From Octopus bimaculoides (lineage: Eukaryota): a DNA stretch of 35,058 nt. The translations under genes and the position numbers were made by a program. Below the pieces are notes generated by a model that saw nothing but the letters and a program-made list of their open reading frames with translations, had not been told where the DNA came from and did no database searches. This document shows positions 1 through 13,523 of the stretch, piece after piece (the first letter of the stretch is position 1; each line of letters opens with the position of its first letter). The stretch is taken from positions 67,435,500-67,470,557 of the forward strand of contig NC_068983.1 in the NCBI RefSeq assembly GCF_001194135.2, given 5' to 3'.

Positions 1-86
1 ATATATATACACCCATACACACGCGTATATATATATATATTTACATAAATATACATGTATGCAAGTATATATGTGTGCGTGCGTGC

Positions 87-131
<45 letters not shown>

Positions 132-136
132 TGTCT
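1..136. repeat. Compound (AT)n/(GT)n microsatellite
   Basis: Visible TA and GT dinucleotide runs. Confidence 0.95.
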
Positions 137-2271
137 GTGTTATGATGGACTTCTGTATAGTTTCTGTAAACCAAGCTGCGTTCATTTAGTCAGCAGAAGG
201 TAAACAAGGAATACTTGGCCAAATTACTGCGCACTAAGAACGAACCCAGAACCAGGTGGTTGTGAAGCGAGCGTTTCTCATGCGTTTAATGCCGTTCTAA
301 CACACGTGCAAGCGACGTATTGAAGTAGATTCAATTGTACCTTGTTATAATTGCTTTAAATCATTTTAACCTGTTTAATTGTTGTTATACAAATTTCGGC
401 CAAGTGTGTAAATCTTCAATTTTTTTTTAGTTCTCTTAGATTTCATCGGCATTTTGTGTAAGACTTGCCACAACTGTGAAAATATGTCACATTTTAACTA
501 TAATTTCAACAGACTTACAAATGAATTCTATTTCAAGAAATGTTTAAGTTAGGTGATATAACATCCTTCTTAATATGTTTATATGTCTGACAGTTGATTT
601 ATTACCAAATGATTCTCGACAAAAATAGATGGAATTAAGTGTTATTTAAATGAACTTCTTGCTGAAACCATGCGTAGTAACAGACTTTTTTTGCCTTTAG
701 AATCATCAACAGTGCCTTACATTCCACAGAGTTGTCAAATGTAAACTACCAAAGCTATATTAATCTATTATAGTCTGAACACAGAGAAAAAGGTTCTCCT
801 AAATTAAAACTGTTGGAATTCGTTCGCTTTTCTATCGTACAGCATACAAAAAGATAGCTTTAAAATAACCTGTTCGACAAACCACTCAAGTTTATTGAAG
901 TGATTAGTTTTTAAAATCTTCAATCCAGTATTAAACTGTAAGAGAAGATAGCAATGAAGTTAAAGTAAATGAAAAAAAGAAAGACAGAAGTCAGTAAATT
1001 ATTTCTTCATCAAAAATGTTATAAAATCCGACAATACATTGGTTTCAGAATGTCAATCTTTGATTTTATATTATCTGGCCTCTAACTGGGACGAATCATT
1101 ACCAGCGACCTGTACTTCATCTATGATGTTATACTCAATTGCATGAAACCGAAGTTGAAGAATCTAAACCTCAGTCGGAGGGGTGCAAGACCATGACTGT
1201 TTCCATTAGACCCCAATATTTCTTTTAGCCATACCCAAGAAAGTAGGCAGTTCTGATAATTACAGTCTCTACTAACAGCTGGGAAGTGTAATAGTATTTG
1301 TCATAGTATTTATAGCTACATTTGTCTGGATATGAACCAACGACTATTTATTCGCTCTAATCTACCGGCTCAACCATCTGGGATTACAAAATTACTTTAT
1401 AACAATGTTTCCTGACGTCAGCTGCCGTGTTGTTTTGCTTAGCCTGTGGTCCGTGGTGGGAATATCTATTTAGTTAACTGTTGAAAGGGTTTCTCTAGGA
1501 TCTGAGTCATCAAATACGTATATCCGAAATATAAAGCGAAAAGTGAGTGTGAGCTTCGGTACAGAAACTTGGGGAGCACCCCACTAGGATAAGTAATTCG
1601 ATATGATATGGTCTCTCTTCCTCTCTCTGTCTGCACGAATATATTGTTACATAAATATATGTCTCACAAACCCACAGAGACAAATAGAAAGTGCAATATA
1701 ATTATATATAATCATAAGCTAACTCACGCTCTCACATACAATTTTACGTACTCATTGATATCGAGAAACACACACACACAAACACACACACATAATGACA
1801 TATTTACACACATATAGTACTGAAGCTCTGTCCAGGGTCCGAAACCTAAGTGTTTTCCTTAGAAACTATAAGTTGCTCTGACATCAGAACATTTCCATCA
1901 GTCATGATAATGCAGTTGAATGATATTTAGTACTTGCTTAGTTGCAGGCTGCAGAAGTGACCGAGAAACAGAATAATAGTCAGTTTGATTACCTCAGTGG
2001 GGCAAGTATAAATGGAGCTCACAATGCACATTCATTTTACTGTGTTGAAAACAGCGAGCCATTCCACACTGAAATACTTAATTACCTAAAAACAACGAAA
2101 CTGAACAGTTGAGACCTAAGCGTCTTTGTGGGAGAAAAAAAAATTTAGGAAATAGAATACGAACTGTCGAACTTTTCTTTGCATACATGCCACTGTATCA
2201 TATGGGTTGTCCGGTGGTTCTGTTGATATCTCTTACACCAGTTTTTTCGTTTTAAAATATTACTTTCTTGT

Positions 2272-2461
2272 CAAGGCTGCGAGCTGGCCGAATCGTTACC
2301 ACGCCAGGCAAAATGCTTCCGTCTTTGCGTTCTGAGGTCGATTTTGCTTTTTATCCTTTCGGAATCGATTAAAATAAGTACTAATTGGGCACTGAGGTGG
2401 ATATAATTGACTTTCTCCTTACCCGAAATTGCTGGCCCTGTGCCAAAACTTGAAATCAATA
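2272..2461 (+). mobile_element. tRNA-derived SINE, family A, degenerate copy with internal deletions
   Basis: Starts AAGGCTGCGAGCTGGCCGAATCGTTA and contains TATCCTTTCGGAATCGATTAAAATAAGTAC. Aligns by eye to the copies at 2476-2690 and 5400-5620. Confidence 0.8.
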
Positions 2462-2475
2462 TATTAGATTCTTGT

Positions 2476-2690
2476 AAGGCAACGAGCTGAAACAATATTT
2501 AGCACGCCGGGGAAAATGCTTAGTAGCATTTCGTCCATCTTTACATTTTGAGTTCAAATTCTGCCGAGGTTGAGTTTGCCTGTCATCCTTTCGGGGTCGA
2601 CAAAATAAGTACCAGTTGAGCACTGGCGTAGATGTAATCGACTTATCCCATCCCCCGAAATTGCTGGCTTTGTGCAAAAATTTAAAAATT
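2476..2690 (+). mobile_element. tRNA-derived SINE, family A, head-to-tail with the previous copy
   Basis: B-box-like GAGTTCAAATTC and central TCATCCTTTCGGGGTCGACAAAATAAGTACCAG, shared with 5400-5620. Confidence 0.85.
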
Positions 2691-4044
2691 CAAACCCCCT
2701 ATAATCATAAGAATCTAATGATTCTTATGATTAGATAGAAATGAATCGCTGGTTGTGTACCTCCCAATCACATTAACAGCGTAAGTGAACTGCCATGGCT
2801 TCATAAAAAATCGAAATTTGTTTCACAGTGTTCTAAAATGCTAATAAATAGATAACTATGTTTTTTGGACAAAGTAATAAGTCAAATTCTGTGCAAGGGA
2901 TTATAGGCAATTGAATTTAACCCAATACCCATTTAACAACCCTGACGTGTTGAAATTTGAGCTCGTAACTGTGAAATAAAGAACGCAAAATGAAATGTAA
3001 CATTCAACTCTTTTCCGCTATATTGTGAGAAATAGATAATGATTTCCTTTTAAGGCGAACCCTTACATGGAAGAGGCTACAGTCGACGAAATCCACTTGT
3101 ATTTATTCTATCAATGTAAGAGAAAAATGAAATGAAATACTATAAGGCATTTAGTTTGATACTCCACTATTTTTACTAACTAGTTATTATGATACTGTTA
3201 TCCATAATATTATTCTGCTTGACATGATGTTCGAGTGTTACACTTTAAAGAAACTTAACTATAGAATGAAATCAAAGGCCTATAAAGTTTAAGCATCAAA
3301 TGAGAAATAAGATTTATAGAGTGAAAGTTTTCATTATAAGTATCAATTCAGCTGATAGCTCAGCGATAGGTGGCAAAATCGATAGAAGCCATGCAGTATT
3401 TAGTTATTTCCCTTCTTAAGTTAGACCTCCCGGTATCGACAATTCTTTACATAATTTTAGATCCGATAAAATAAAATAGAACTGATGTATTATATTGTTC
3501 TGCTCCTTACAACTTGTGACTTGTGCTGGCTATGAGACGCTCTTATTTAGTTTTTGGGAGAGACAGTCAGCAAAATATTTCAGGTCATTATCAAACTGAT
3601 GAGATTTATGTTAGTAAAGTTCACTTAAAACTTCTGCTAGAAAGGAAAACGTTGACGATTAAGAGTTCCACGGTGTGTTAATTTTTTGAAGGAAGGATTG
3701 GGTAAAATTGTGGAGATTTGAGGGATTACACACAGTAGCAATAATAAAATAACAAAGAAAAGTTATGGGTTAGATTAGTGACTTTGATGTCTGGAAGCCA
3801 TGCAGCAGAATAGTTAGTGTCAGAGTTAGTAAACTCTAAATGGGCGGGTGTCTGTTTTAGCCTTTAATTAAAACACATGGGTCATATATGGTAGGGGGTA
3901 GACTGTGGGACTAAATCTTATTCCTAGGTTTCAGTGACATTGGCAAATCTTTTATTGAAACGTAGCGCCAAAGAAATCGCTACAGCATGCAGACACAATT
4001 GCAATAATCGTGTGCACCACCACTGCAAAATATATCACAGTCTA

Positions 4045-4242
4045 CCAAAAACTTTCTTATTGTTTCTTGTTGTTATTGCTCTTGTTGTTCTTGCTCTTGT
4101 TCTTGGTATTATTGTTTTTCTTGTCCTCATTTCGCTTGCTCTTGTTCTACTTTTTGCATCCCAATCTCTTTAGACCACACACCCATGCGTATGCATGCGT
4201 ATATAGTGAACTATATATAATACGCACATACACACAACCATC

Positions 4243-4275
<33 letters not shown>

Positions 4276-4310
4276 TGTGTGTGTGTGCGTGCGTGTGCGT
4301 GTGTGCATGA
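4045..4310. repeat. Degenerate (TTG/TTC)n low-complexity tract followed by (TA)n/(GT)n
   Basis: Visible repeats. These explain the Leu/Val-rich ORFs at 3934-4318. Confidence 0.85.
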
Positions 4311-5399
4311 ATATTTAAAGTCTGCATGCTTATGTATGTTCATGTTTATATATACGCATAGACTTACAGAGTTCATACATGTGTGTGCGTGTATGTATGA
4401 AAACGCACACACTCACACACGTAGGCACATACATCACAAACGCAGACATAGATGTAGGACAATGCTCTCAGACACCGGCCCACCGCAAGGATAATCTGTC
4501 ACCGCTACCATTTTGCCCTCAGCCATACCACTACTACTATCGCTATCACCATCATCATCATCATCATCCTTTTTTTTTTATTTTTATAAGGTTATACAAA
4601 AGTGGGGCAGCATTTATAAGTGATACAGAACGCCATGTAAACATTTTCTTGACAAAAATTCAAACAGATGTGGTAATAGTGTGATAAATTTGTTGTAATA
4701 GTGTGTGTGTGTGCGTGTGTACGTGCGTGTGAATGGGTATGTGTGTGTGTGTATTTCTGTGTGTGTGTGTGGTAGATAGTAGCATGAAATAATTGCGTGA
4801 TAATAAAGAGAGGGGCTAAGTTGTTGTTTCACCCTAGATCACTTGATAGAGCAGACCTATGTTCAAAGGCGGTTCGAAATTGCACATCGAGAACGAACGA
4901 GATTTTATCTACGTGAACGTTTGAAATAGCAGCAAAATTCTTTCTCAAATCAGACTCTGCTGTCGTAATACAAGAACACACATGTAGGAGGGAGTAATTA
5001 AAGTATACAATAATAATGAGAATGATGAATCTAAGTGATAATTTGTCATAACTTTATACGACAGTAACGTGATAAATGTATGTTTATGGACACTAGAATG
5101 TGATAAATTTAAAAGATATTGGTGGTTAACTAATATAGAATAATATACAATAAATTCATGTGATGATAAATAGCATATAAGAGACATTTGTGATAAAATG
5201 TATTGTGATTATGTCTAAGCTGAGGCCACAGTCGTCCCTCATCCGCCGATGTTCGTTACAACTGTATGCAATGATCATGAAGCACAAATGTACGATGCAA
5301 TGTGCATAATAATACTCAATACCTCATTAAGGCAATAAGCTAAACAAGGCACAGCCTGGGCTTCATAATCCGCTGGATCATTAAAATATCAAAAAGGTA

Positions 5400-5620
5400 T
5401 AAGGCGGCGAGCTGGAAAAAACGTTAGCACGCCGGGCGAAATGCTTAGCGGTATTTCGTCTGTCTTTACCTTCTGAGTTCAAATTCCACCGAGGTCGATT
5501 TTGCCTTTCATTCTTTCGGGGTCGACAAATTAAGTACCAGTTGCGTACTGTTGCCGATTTAATCGACTGGTTCCCTCCCCAAAAATGTTGGGCCTTGTGC
5601 CTAGAGTAGAAAAGAATATT
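5400..5620 (+). mobile_element. tRNA-derived SINE, family A, best-preserved copy
   Basis: AAGGCGGCGAGCTGG head, GAGTTCAAATTCC B box, central TTCATTCTTTCGGGGTCGACAAATTAAGTACCAG. Several homologous copies in the window. Confidence 0.9.
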
Positions 5621-7313
5621 TAAGAGGTATGTATGTTTTCAATCTTTAGTGAGACGTTTTGCGATATATATATCCAGGCTTTATATAGCTTATGTTTCAC
5701 CAAGTGTGAATGAGTGCTGGAAATAATGCTTGTTATAATGATGCTTTTGAATTGGCACATAGCTTCAAACTGAGAGAGTAAGGACCATATTCGTTTGAAT
5801 CGACTACAACATTTCTAATATCTATTCAATTCTTTGATCTTGGATATATAAATGACGAAATTGTTCCCGGTGGGATTTGAACTCCAAAAGTGGAGGTGTG
5901 AAACTAAACATTTCTAAATATCTAAACTTCTCCACTAGTGCTTTTATGAAAATATTTCATCACTTTGGTTCTCTTGAACGATTGTTTGGCATATTGAAGC
6001 TTCCATCTCGAAACTAACTCCCATGTCTACCGCCAAAAGATACATTACACTATTTTACTTATAGGAGAAACACTTTGCGTTTTATACACATCACTTGTTT
6101 AATTCATGGAAATCGTCTTGAAGCTAATCTATTCGTTAACAAGCAACAATAAAGAAAGCAGTAACTGTGTAGCTTAATTTACGTTTGGAAAGCTGAACAA
6201 AGTGTAAAGGGAAAATACAGAGAGAAAAAAACATGCTTTAAACCGACAATAAAAACGATGTCAAACTTTTGGCGAATCTGACAGCTGTTCTCATTTTGAA
6301 GTGTTTAATTATCTTCTATCACAATCAGTGTTGAGTGCATGGCTACTAGATTGGGCTGTAAGTGGCAAATTACGTTGCTTTTCAAGACTAAAAGCTGTAT
6401 TGTACTATTTTCGATTGAAAAATTTTAATTTTTAAAGGGAAGGGCCCTATTAGATGTTATATTAGACTGTCAACTAAGCAAATTAGAATTGTCCTACAGG
6501 TAATCATTTTGGGTTGCTTCCTAAAATCCGCTACTTTTGAGAATTTAGTGCTACTTTTTATAAAATTGAAAGGGTAACAAATGTCCAGCTGGCCATAAAA
6601 GCCTTAAACCACTACAGATGTTCGCAATACTTACCTGCAAGACATAGTATCCAAATTTACAACATAAGGTGTTAGTAAGATCAATTAATACTAAGTAACC
6701 GAGGTGGTCATGAATCCTTTTAATCAAAAGTATTCTCGTTCAGTGTTGACCTGGGACTAAAACAACAATAATAATATTGTTACAAGTCCTTGACACTTCA
6801 GTGAAGGTGTCCGCTAACCTCATCAGAAAATAAAAAGTGAGATATGATCTCCTGTAAAATTACAACGGCAACCACAATAGCAAACTCTAAAATCCAGAAC
6901 GACGACGATACCACAATTACAACTAACAAAAGAAATAATAGAAATAACTTCTAAGATACTAACAACAATTAAAAACAGAGAAAAGTGAACTAAAGGAAAT
7001 AACATTTCGCAAAACGAGGGTCAGTGACTGGAGAAATAATTGGTTTCAATTGTTATCAACTTTCAATATCCAACATACCTACCACTTTCACCATTTACAT
7101 TAGTACTGCTAATGGTCCAACCAACCACTGCCACCCTCATTTTTACAACAGCGTCACTAATATTTCTCACGTCTCTGATTGTTAGAATGATAACAGAAGC
7201 AATAATATAATGCTTGCCTTCTATCCCTGCTTTCACCTATATCTCTATAATATTATCGCAGCACTATAGCTACAGCCGCGACTTCAAATAACTAATACTA
7301 TAGCTCTGACGAA

Positions 7314-7314
7314 C

Positions 7315-7346
<32 letters not shown>

Positions 7347-7375
7347 GAGACAGACAGACAGGCAGACAGGCAGAC

Positions 7376-7431
<56 letters not shown>
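7314..7431. repeat. (CAGA)n/(GATA)n compound tetranucleotide microsatellite
   Basis: Visible repeat. Confidence 0.97.
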
Positions 7432-7432
<1 letters not shown>

Positions 7433-7677
7433 CGAGGGCAGAACTGCCCAGAATTGCTCACTTAAAAGATCTTTATTCTCTACGAGTGGTTTTGAGAGGA
7501 AATACACATAGTTTACGCAAAATCGCTTAAGATCAGTTATAACCACCATGTATATTCATTTCGGTCTAGATATAGAGCTGATTCCATCCTTCTATTCCAG
7601 CATACCAGGAAATTAAGAAGCAGTAGAACCGAAAGCGTTTTTGAAATCTGGAATAATGTGAACAAAGTATCCTCGTA
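7431..7677. mobile_element. Possible mariner-derived MITE
   Basis: Bounded by TACGAGG (7431) and CCTCGTA (7671-7677), a mariner-like TA-flanked terminus. TIR similarity beyond 7 bp is weak. Confidence 0.4.
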
Positions 7678-8751
7678 CAATAACTAAAGAAGATTCATTC
7701 TGTGCTTATCTGTGTATTAATCTACTCTGAAACGTCTGTCAAGAACGTTTCACAAAGGATACGCAATGTTATCTTTTATCAAAGTACAGTAAGAACGATA
7801 ATTCTAGTAGAACAATTTTGATCGATCGGTCTTCTTTGAGTAATATTTGTATCTAATGTGTAATAATCTGATCTCTGCTTATTGCTTCACGTTACGTACC
7901 CCCATTACGCATTATATATTGTTAAAGATTATTCTTCGTGAAAGATGTGTTCTCATTTTCCTCTCTTCCTCTCTCACGTATACACATTTGTACATTAAGT
8001 TATGGCACACACTTTATTGACGGAGAAATTTTGAAGAAATCCAATGTTTCTGCGTCTGCAATTCCCATTTCTTATTTGCTCCAAGTCAGAAATTAGATCC
8101 CGGAAATAGTTTCTACTTAGAAATGCATAATCTAGAGATGCTTGTCTTATAGTACTGGGACGTTTTCACATGACATTTAAGAATTGATTATTCATTTATA
8201 GTACTACTGAAGATTTGCATAAAAGCGGGTAGGACGGAAGTTCATTTGAATGAAGAAGGCGTTTTAAAAGTGTTTTATTTAAAAAGTTCATTTCGGTATT
8301 TTAACCTTTCGAAAAGCCTGTCGTAGAATTTTATGGTACTTGACTAAGATTTCCATGTCATGAGGTTTATAGTTACTAACTGTGACCTGCATATGTAGAG
8401 TAAATGATACGGTGTGATACAATGATTATATACACATATACACACATACGTACGTGCATGCGCATGTTTGTGGAAAGATATAAGTATATATATAACATAA
8501 TACTTTAGCTACATGACTCATGTCACTCTGGGACCGTCTTTCTATTTCCTTTGTGCCAATCTCTGGTTAGCTTTATAAAACATCACATTAGATTTGTGAT
8601 CAATTACACCTGAGTAAGCCAACTCACATTCAAGTATTCCGTTAGCTTTTTGAGGCTAAGACCTAGCAGTCAAATTCCTGTATGACGCTTATTCGTCTCC
8701 CCTACCCATCAATCAAGCCGTCTTTATATGGCACTATCTACGTATTATCTA

Positions 8752-8754
<3 letters not shown>

Positions 8755-8817
<63 letters not shown>
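8755..8817. repeat. (GT)n microsatellite
   Basis: Visible repeat. Confidence 0.97.
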
Positions 8818-8818
<1 letters not shown>

Positions 8819-9800
8819 TATACTTTTGTTACGCTAGTTCTCTTTTGCCTAGGACATCTCTTTACAGATTGTATTTTAGACTACCACTTTTAACATCACT
8901 ACCATTACTAAAACTGCTACCATTATCAGTTTCAATTTCAGCAATGGCAATTTAACTTCCTCGTTATTCTTGAGAAAAGGACGTCATAACTCTGCCTCCT
9001 AAAGACAATAGGGCTGATTATTCATAAATGGGAATGATCTCGGAATAGAGGGGATTAAATAACTGACTTTATTTCATACATTAGTTTAGTAGTTCCTCTC
9101 TTTCATATTTGAATTTACTGCGACACACTCTCTCTATGCTTTTAGCTACAGTCATATTTTCTAAAGTAAAGACGATTTGATTATCCTGTCGAAATATGAA
9201 AACATCACTGCTGAGAGGGTTCAACTATCCTGACCAACTCATGCCCTAATACGTTGAACTAATATTTATTTATTTGAAATAGCATACATTATAAAGCAGT
9301 TGTTAGAACTCTACTAGCGACTTTTTATCAGTAGCTCAAAAGATTAGCGATCGTATTCCTCTATTTGAATTAATAAAGGCGCTTGCTATTCATTGCTAAG
9401 CTTTTTAGTAATAAAGAGGTTGTTTGGATTTAGTTTCATTTCAGTTCTGATCGAACAAATCTATAACCAAAGCTGCCTTAGGCTTGATCATCCAATTTTT
9501 CTTTCAAACTTAATATATAAAGCATATAAATGTTTTAAACATTAAGCAGATTTTCATATAGTGAAATGAATATTTATGCATTCTTTTAAATGTCATTGAG
9601 ATTAGACAAATGTGGTTAGAGAACAGAAGTTCTATATGTGCTTAACAATATAGTTTTCACACTAATGATTAGACTATTAAAAACATGAGTGTACAATGTT
9701 TGTTTTCTCGATTTTTTTTTTTTAGTTGCTGTTGTGTCTCCGACAGAGATACTTCATCTTGTATAAGGTACTCAGCTCTACATGAATATATATATATATA

Positions 9801-9949
9801 NNNNNNNNNNNNNNNNNNNNNNNNNNNNNNNNNNNNNNNNNNNNNNNNNNNNNNNNNNNNNNNNNNNNNNNNNNNNNNNNNNNNNNNNNNNNNNNNNNNN
9901 NNNNNNNNNNNNNNNNNNNNNNNNNNNNNNNNNNNNNNNNNNNNNNNNN
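9801..9949. other. Assembly gap flanked by (TA)n
   Basis: Run of N. Confidence 0.99.
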
Positions 9950-12019
9950 ATATAGCTAGAGATCACATTGCTTAAGCGAAAGGTCGATAGCTCAGACAAA
10001 AAGCCAAGTAATAGCTCCCGGGTTCTGAATTCAAATTTTGCCTTCGTAAAAATGATTATAAGATACGGTAGAGAACTCTCAGTTGCATTGATTTTGCGAA
10101 TTTTTTTCTTTAGTAACCAAATTAGACACCAGATCTAGTGCGTTTGATCTAGTGGACAGACTTGAAAAATATCTCAGTAGAAGAAATCCAAGTATCTAAG
10201 ATATGTCATTAGAGAAGAAGCCTGTTGGGAAGAGGAACGCGGTGTGACAGAAGCTGACACATTGTTCAGTGTCCAAGCAATCGACCTTTCGTCACTCTCA
10301 CAGGATTTAACGCTAGGTATGTTGAAGCAAGCAGATGTGAGCGTCTTGCTCAAGATACAGCACTACTGATTGGGACACACTAGTAACTGAAGAGAACCTG
10401 ATAAAGGATTTTCTCAGGAAAATGTGTGATAATTCAATGACACATAAGGTATTTTATTCATTTCATTTTCAACAAGGCTAAAGTTGTGCCCTTTCTTTCT
10501 ATCCAAATATATCACTTTGAACCCGTTTGTTGCTCTGACAACTGTATATCACGGATATAATAGTCAAGTGATTAAATGGTTGTATTTGCCAAACCTCTTC
10601 CGGTATTACACACTTCAAATATCTTTATATCCTCTGCAGTGATGGATATCAGCTGAAGTAACTTAATTTCTTTTTTCATGACAGACGAATATTAGTAGAC
10701 AGATTCTAACCAACAGAATATGCAGTCTGATTTCGATTCCTAGATACCACCAGCCATTTTATTAATGTTAATTATTTTCGCTAATGCTAAAGAAATACTA
10801 AGAACGCTAACTTATCGCAGTGTAGTGCATAGCTAATAACAGTCCTTCCTGTGAATAACATTTCCTATAAGACTTCAAGAGACCTTTTATGCTGCCACTT
10901 GATCGGCTAGAAATACCAACCTAATCTTACTCAAATCACATTCTATTGTCTTAAAGATTAATAAATTTGATAGTGTGATTTTTGTTAAGGTATGCCAGCA
11001 AAATAGGATTTTTCAGGAATAATATAGGTCTATTTCATCAAGGCTGACAACTTCTTTACAAGCAGATGACTAAGTCGTGGATGATAGACGAATACAAACC
11101 GTAAACCTGTCGATCAACATGAAAGTATCCTTAGACAGATGCGATTGTCCATAAAAATAGATTTATTAAGATAAAATTGGTATTATTATCATACTAATAC
11201 ATCGTAACTGAAGAACTTATCTGGGTAAACAAATATAAAATTTTTCTGTTGCCAATCTGAGAAGATGGCAGCTGGGTATTAATCAGGTCAAGAACTCTGA
11301 GGTTCTTGTAATTGTTGAGTGTGGTGCTTAAAAGTTATCCGCTCCAAGGAAGTGCTGATCTTGTGATTGTTTCGTACAACTGGCACTCCCAAATAAAATG
11401 ATCCAGCCAACATATTTTCTTTGAGTAGTTACGAAAAAAGAACTTATGATGCGGCTATACGTCTACTGAATATATCCTTCAAAGCTATGAAAAATAACAA
11501 ACTTGTTTTCGAAAAAATTAATAGCGAGTAATACTGAGAAGTTATAATGTGAACTAATTAATTCAATCAGCTGCAGCTTTCCCCCGTCATTTAAGCTGCT
11601 AATGTTTTTAAGAATATGTGACTGTCTAACTACCCAGTTCTCTTTTGTTGATGTCAATGAGTTGAATACCAATGACATCAAACAGAAACCACATACATCT
11701 TTCAGCTGTACGTCAAATAAATACAGTTAAATATCAGCATATTTGGTCATGTTGAGTAGAAAGTTCGACGCTCAATCAGTTGAAGAATGAAAAGAGAAAC
11801 GAAACACACGGGATGGTAACAATAGTTACAGACTAAATGCTTTGAGATATTTATTTCACTGTTTTCAGTCTCTAATTCATATCCAGCCGAAATCTACGGA
11901 ATAAAATATCAGTTATCTAATGAGTCGTTCCCATCGAATACATCTCGCCACAAAAATTAGTTTTCTGCTTCAATAATAAATCAATTTATTTGCAACAAGT
12001 GATATCAGTTGCATGAACA

Positions 12020-12148
12020 TTGATTCGACTATGAGGACTTCCATGAAGCCTTCAGGGAGCGGCTGGAGCGCTACAGGTGCAGTGAAGTCGGAGAATCTTA
12101 CTTTGAAGGAGATTAAAGTCTGAAAACCTCTGGAATGCATCTTGTATA
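12020..12148 (+). mobile_element. Mariner transposase C-terminal relic with right-hand terminal repeat
   Basis: Translates FDYEDFHEAFRERLERYRCSEVGESYFEGD*, resembling the mariner C-terminus (W/L..RW..C....G.YFE). Followed by ...GAATGCATCTTGTA-TA, resembling a TA-flanked TIR end. Confidence 0.6.
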
Positions 12149-12419
12149 TCACAACTTCAGTAGCTTATTCCACTAATATGTGCTATTTAAATTCGCCATA
12201 GACTAAACCGGGAAGAGAGGAAAGCTAAGGATTTTTTACGAAGTATTTAGAAATGTCAAGAGTTCATCAATCGTATTTCCCCAGTCACTAGATACAGGAA
12301 TGTATCCAGTGCATTCTTGTATCTAGTGATTAGGGAAACATGCACTGGGTACATTCCCTATCCTATCTTAGTTTCAGACTTTCTGAACTATGGTTTCAAA
12401 GTCATAAGAAAATTCATAA

Positions 12420-12760
12420 AATTCGAATTTAAAAAATGCATGGAAAAAAACGAAACAGGTAGAGAAATTTTATGATGGCGTTAGACATAGTTGCTTGGTA
12501 AAAGAAACAATTCTGGTAGATAAATTGGAGAAAGGGACAACGGAAGAACAGCTAGCAGGGTTTTCTCAAGAGTTGTCCTTAAAAGATGGCTGGATATATA
12601 GGCATCCAATTGGCTACTTTAAGTCTAAATTGAAACAGCAACGATGACAGCAAATATAGGAATTCTATATGATAAAACTGGATTACGTTATCAAGTCATA
12701 AAGAGAAACAAAAGCAAAGAACATCAATGTAGAGTGGAAAACTGTCTTTTAACGAAGAAT
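12420..12760 (+). mobile_element. Possible decayed LINE AP-endonuclease fragment (RTE-like)
   Basis: 75-codon stop-free frame ...QVEKFYDGVRH...EQLAGFSQELSLK..., then KLDYVI in the same frame after stops. Loosely follows the EFYD / L..F..E..L / IDYI motif order. The GDFN motif is not seen. Confidence 0.3.
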
Positions 12761-13049
12761 GTCTTTATTGAAGGAGCGTAGCAGCAGTAGCTAAGGACAA
12801 GACGCTAAAAAATTTGTTAAAAATAAATGCACTCTAAATAGAGGATCATGGTAGAAATAGAACTAAAGGAGGAAATGAGAAGCTGTGCATAATTAGTTGA
12901 TTGTAAGGTGGTGGGGTGCGTGTTGTCTTTAAGTTATCACACTGAAGGATCTGCAACCATTTCTTTAGAAAGAAATAAAGAGTGAATAAAACCGATTTGT
13001 AAGTAACAAACACAGGTCACAAAACTTATAGAGAGTGGGTTGTCGATTC

Positions 13050-13140
13050 AAACGATTATACCATTTGATTGGTACGTATTTTATCTACTCAAGAAGGGTT
13101 AAAAGTATGACAACCGCAGCGGGATTTGAACGCAGGTGAT
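13050..13140 (-). mobile_element. Old fragment of SINE family A
   Basis: Reverse complement resembles the GTTCAAATCCC B box and the central TAAAATA.GTACCA block. Confidence 0.5.
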
Positions 13141-13167
13141 AAAGAAATGACACTATATGTTATATGT

Positions 13168-13523
13168 TCTTTTATCTTTTACTTGTTTTAATCATTGGCC
13201 TACAGCTATCCTGGGGCATCACCTTGAAGAGTTTAAGTCGAACAAATCGGCCCAGTATGTGTTTTTAAGTCTAGTACTTATTTTATCGACCTCTTTTACC
13301 GTACTGCTTAGTCAGCTCACGTAAACAAACCAACACCGGTTGTCAAGTGGTGGTGAAGATGTACAAAAGCAGACACAAAGACAGACACACGCGCACATAT
13401 ATACACGACGGTCTTCCACAGAGCTTCCGTCAACCAAATTTACTTACAAGGCATTGGTCGGCCCGTAGCTATAGAAGACACTTACCCAAAGTGCCGTGCA
13501 GTGGGATAGAACTCGAAACCATG
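13168..13523 (-). mobile_element. tRNA-derived SINE, family B (CORE-like), 5'-truncated, older copy
   Basis: Homologous to 27299-27983 across both halves. The minus strand has CACTTTGGGTAAGTGTCTTC, a variant of the CCTTGGGCAAGT block. Confidence 0.8.

Noticed and set aside
10170-10360. 62-codon open frame with a possible GTATGT donor
   Set aside because: No start codon, acceptor or recognisable motif.
11330-11681. Minus-strand DHFIWECQLY and GGKLQLI, reminiscent of LINE motifs
   Set aside because: Isolated short matches without supporting flanking motifs.
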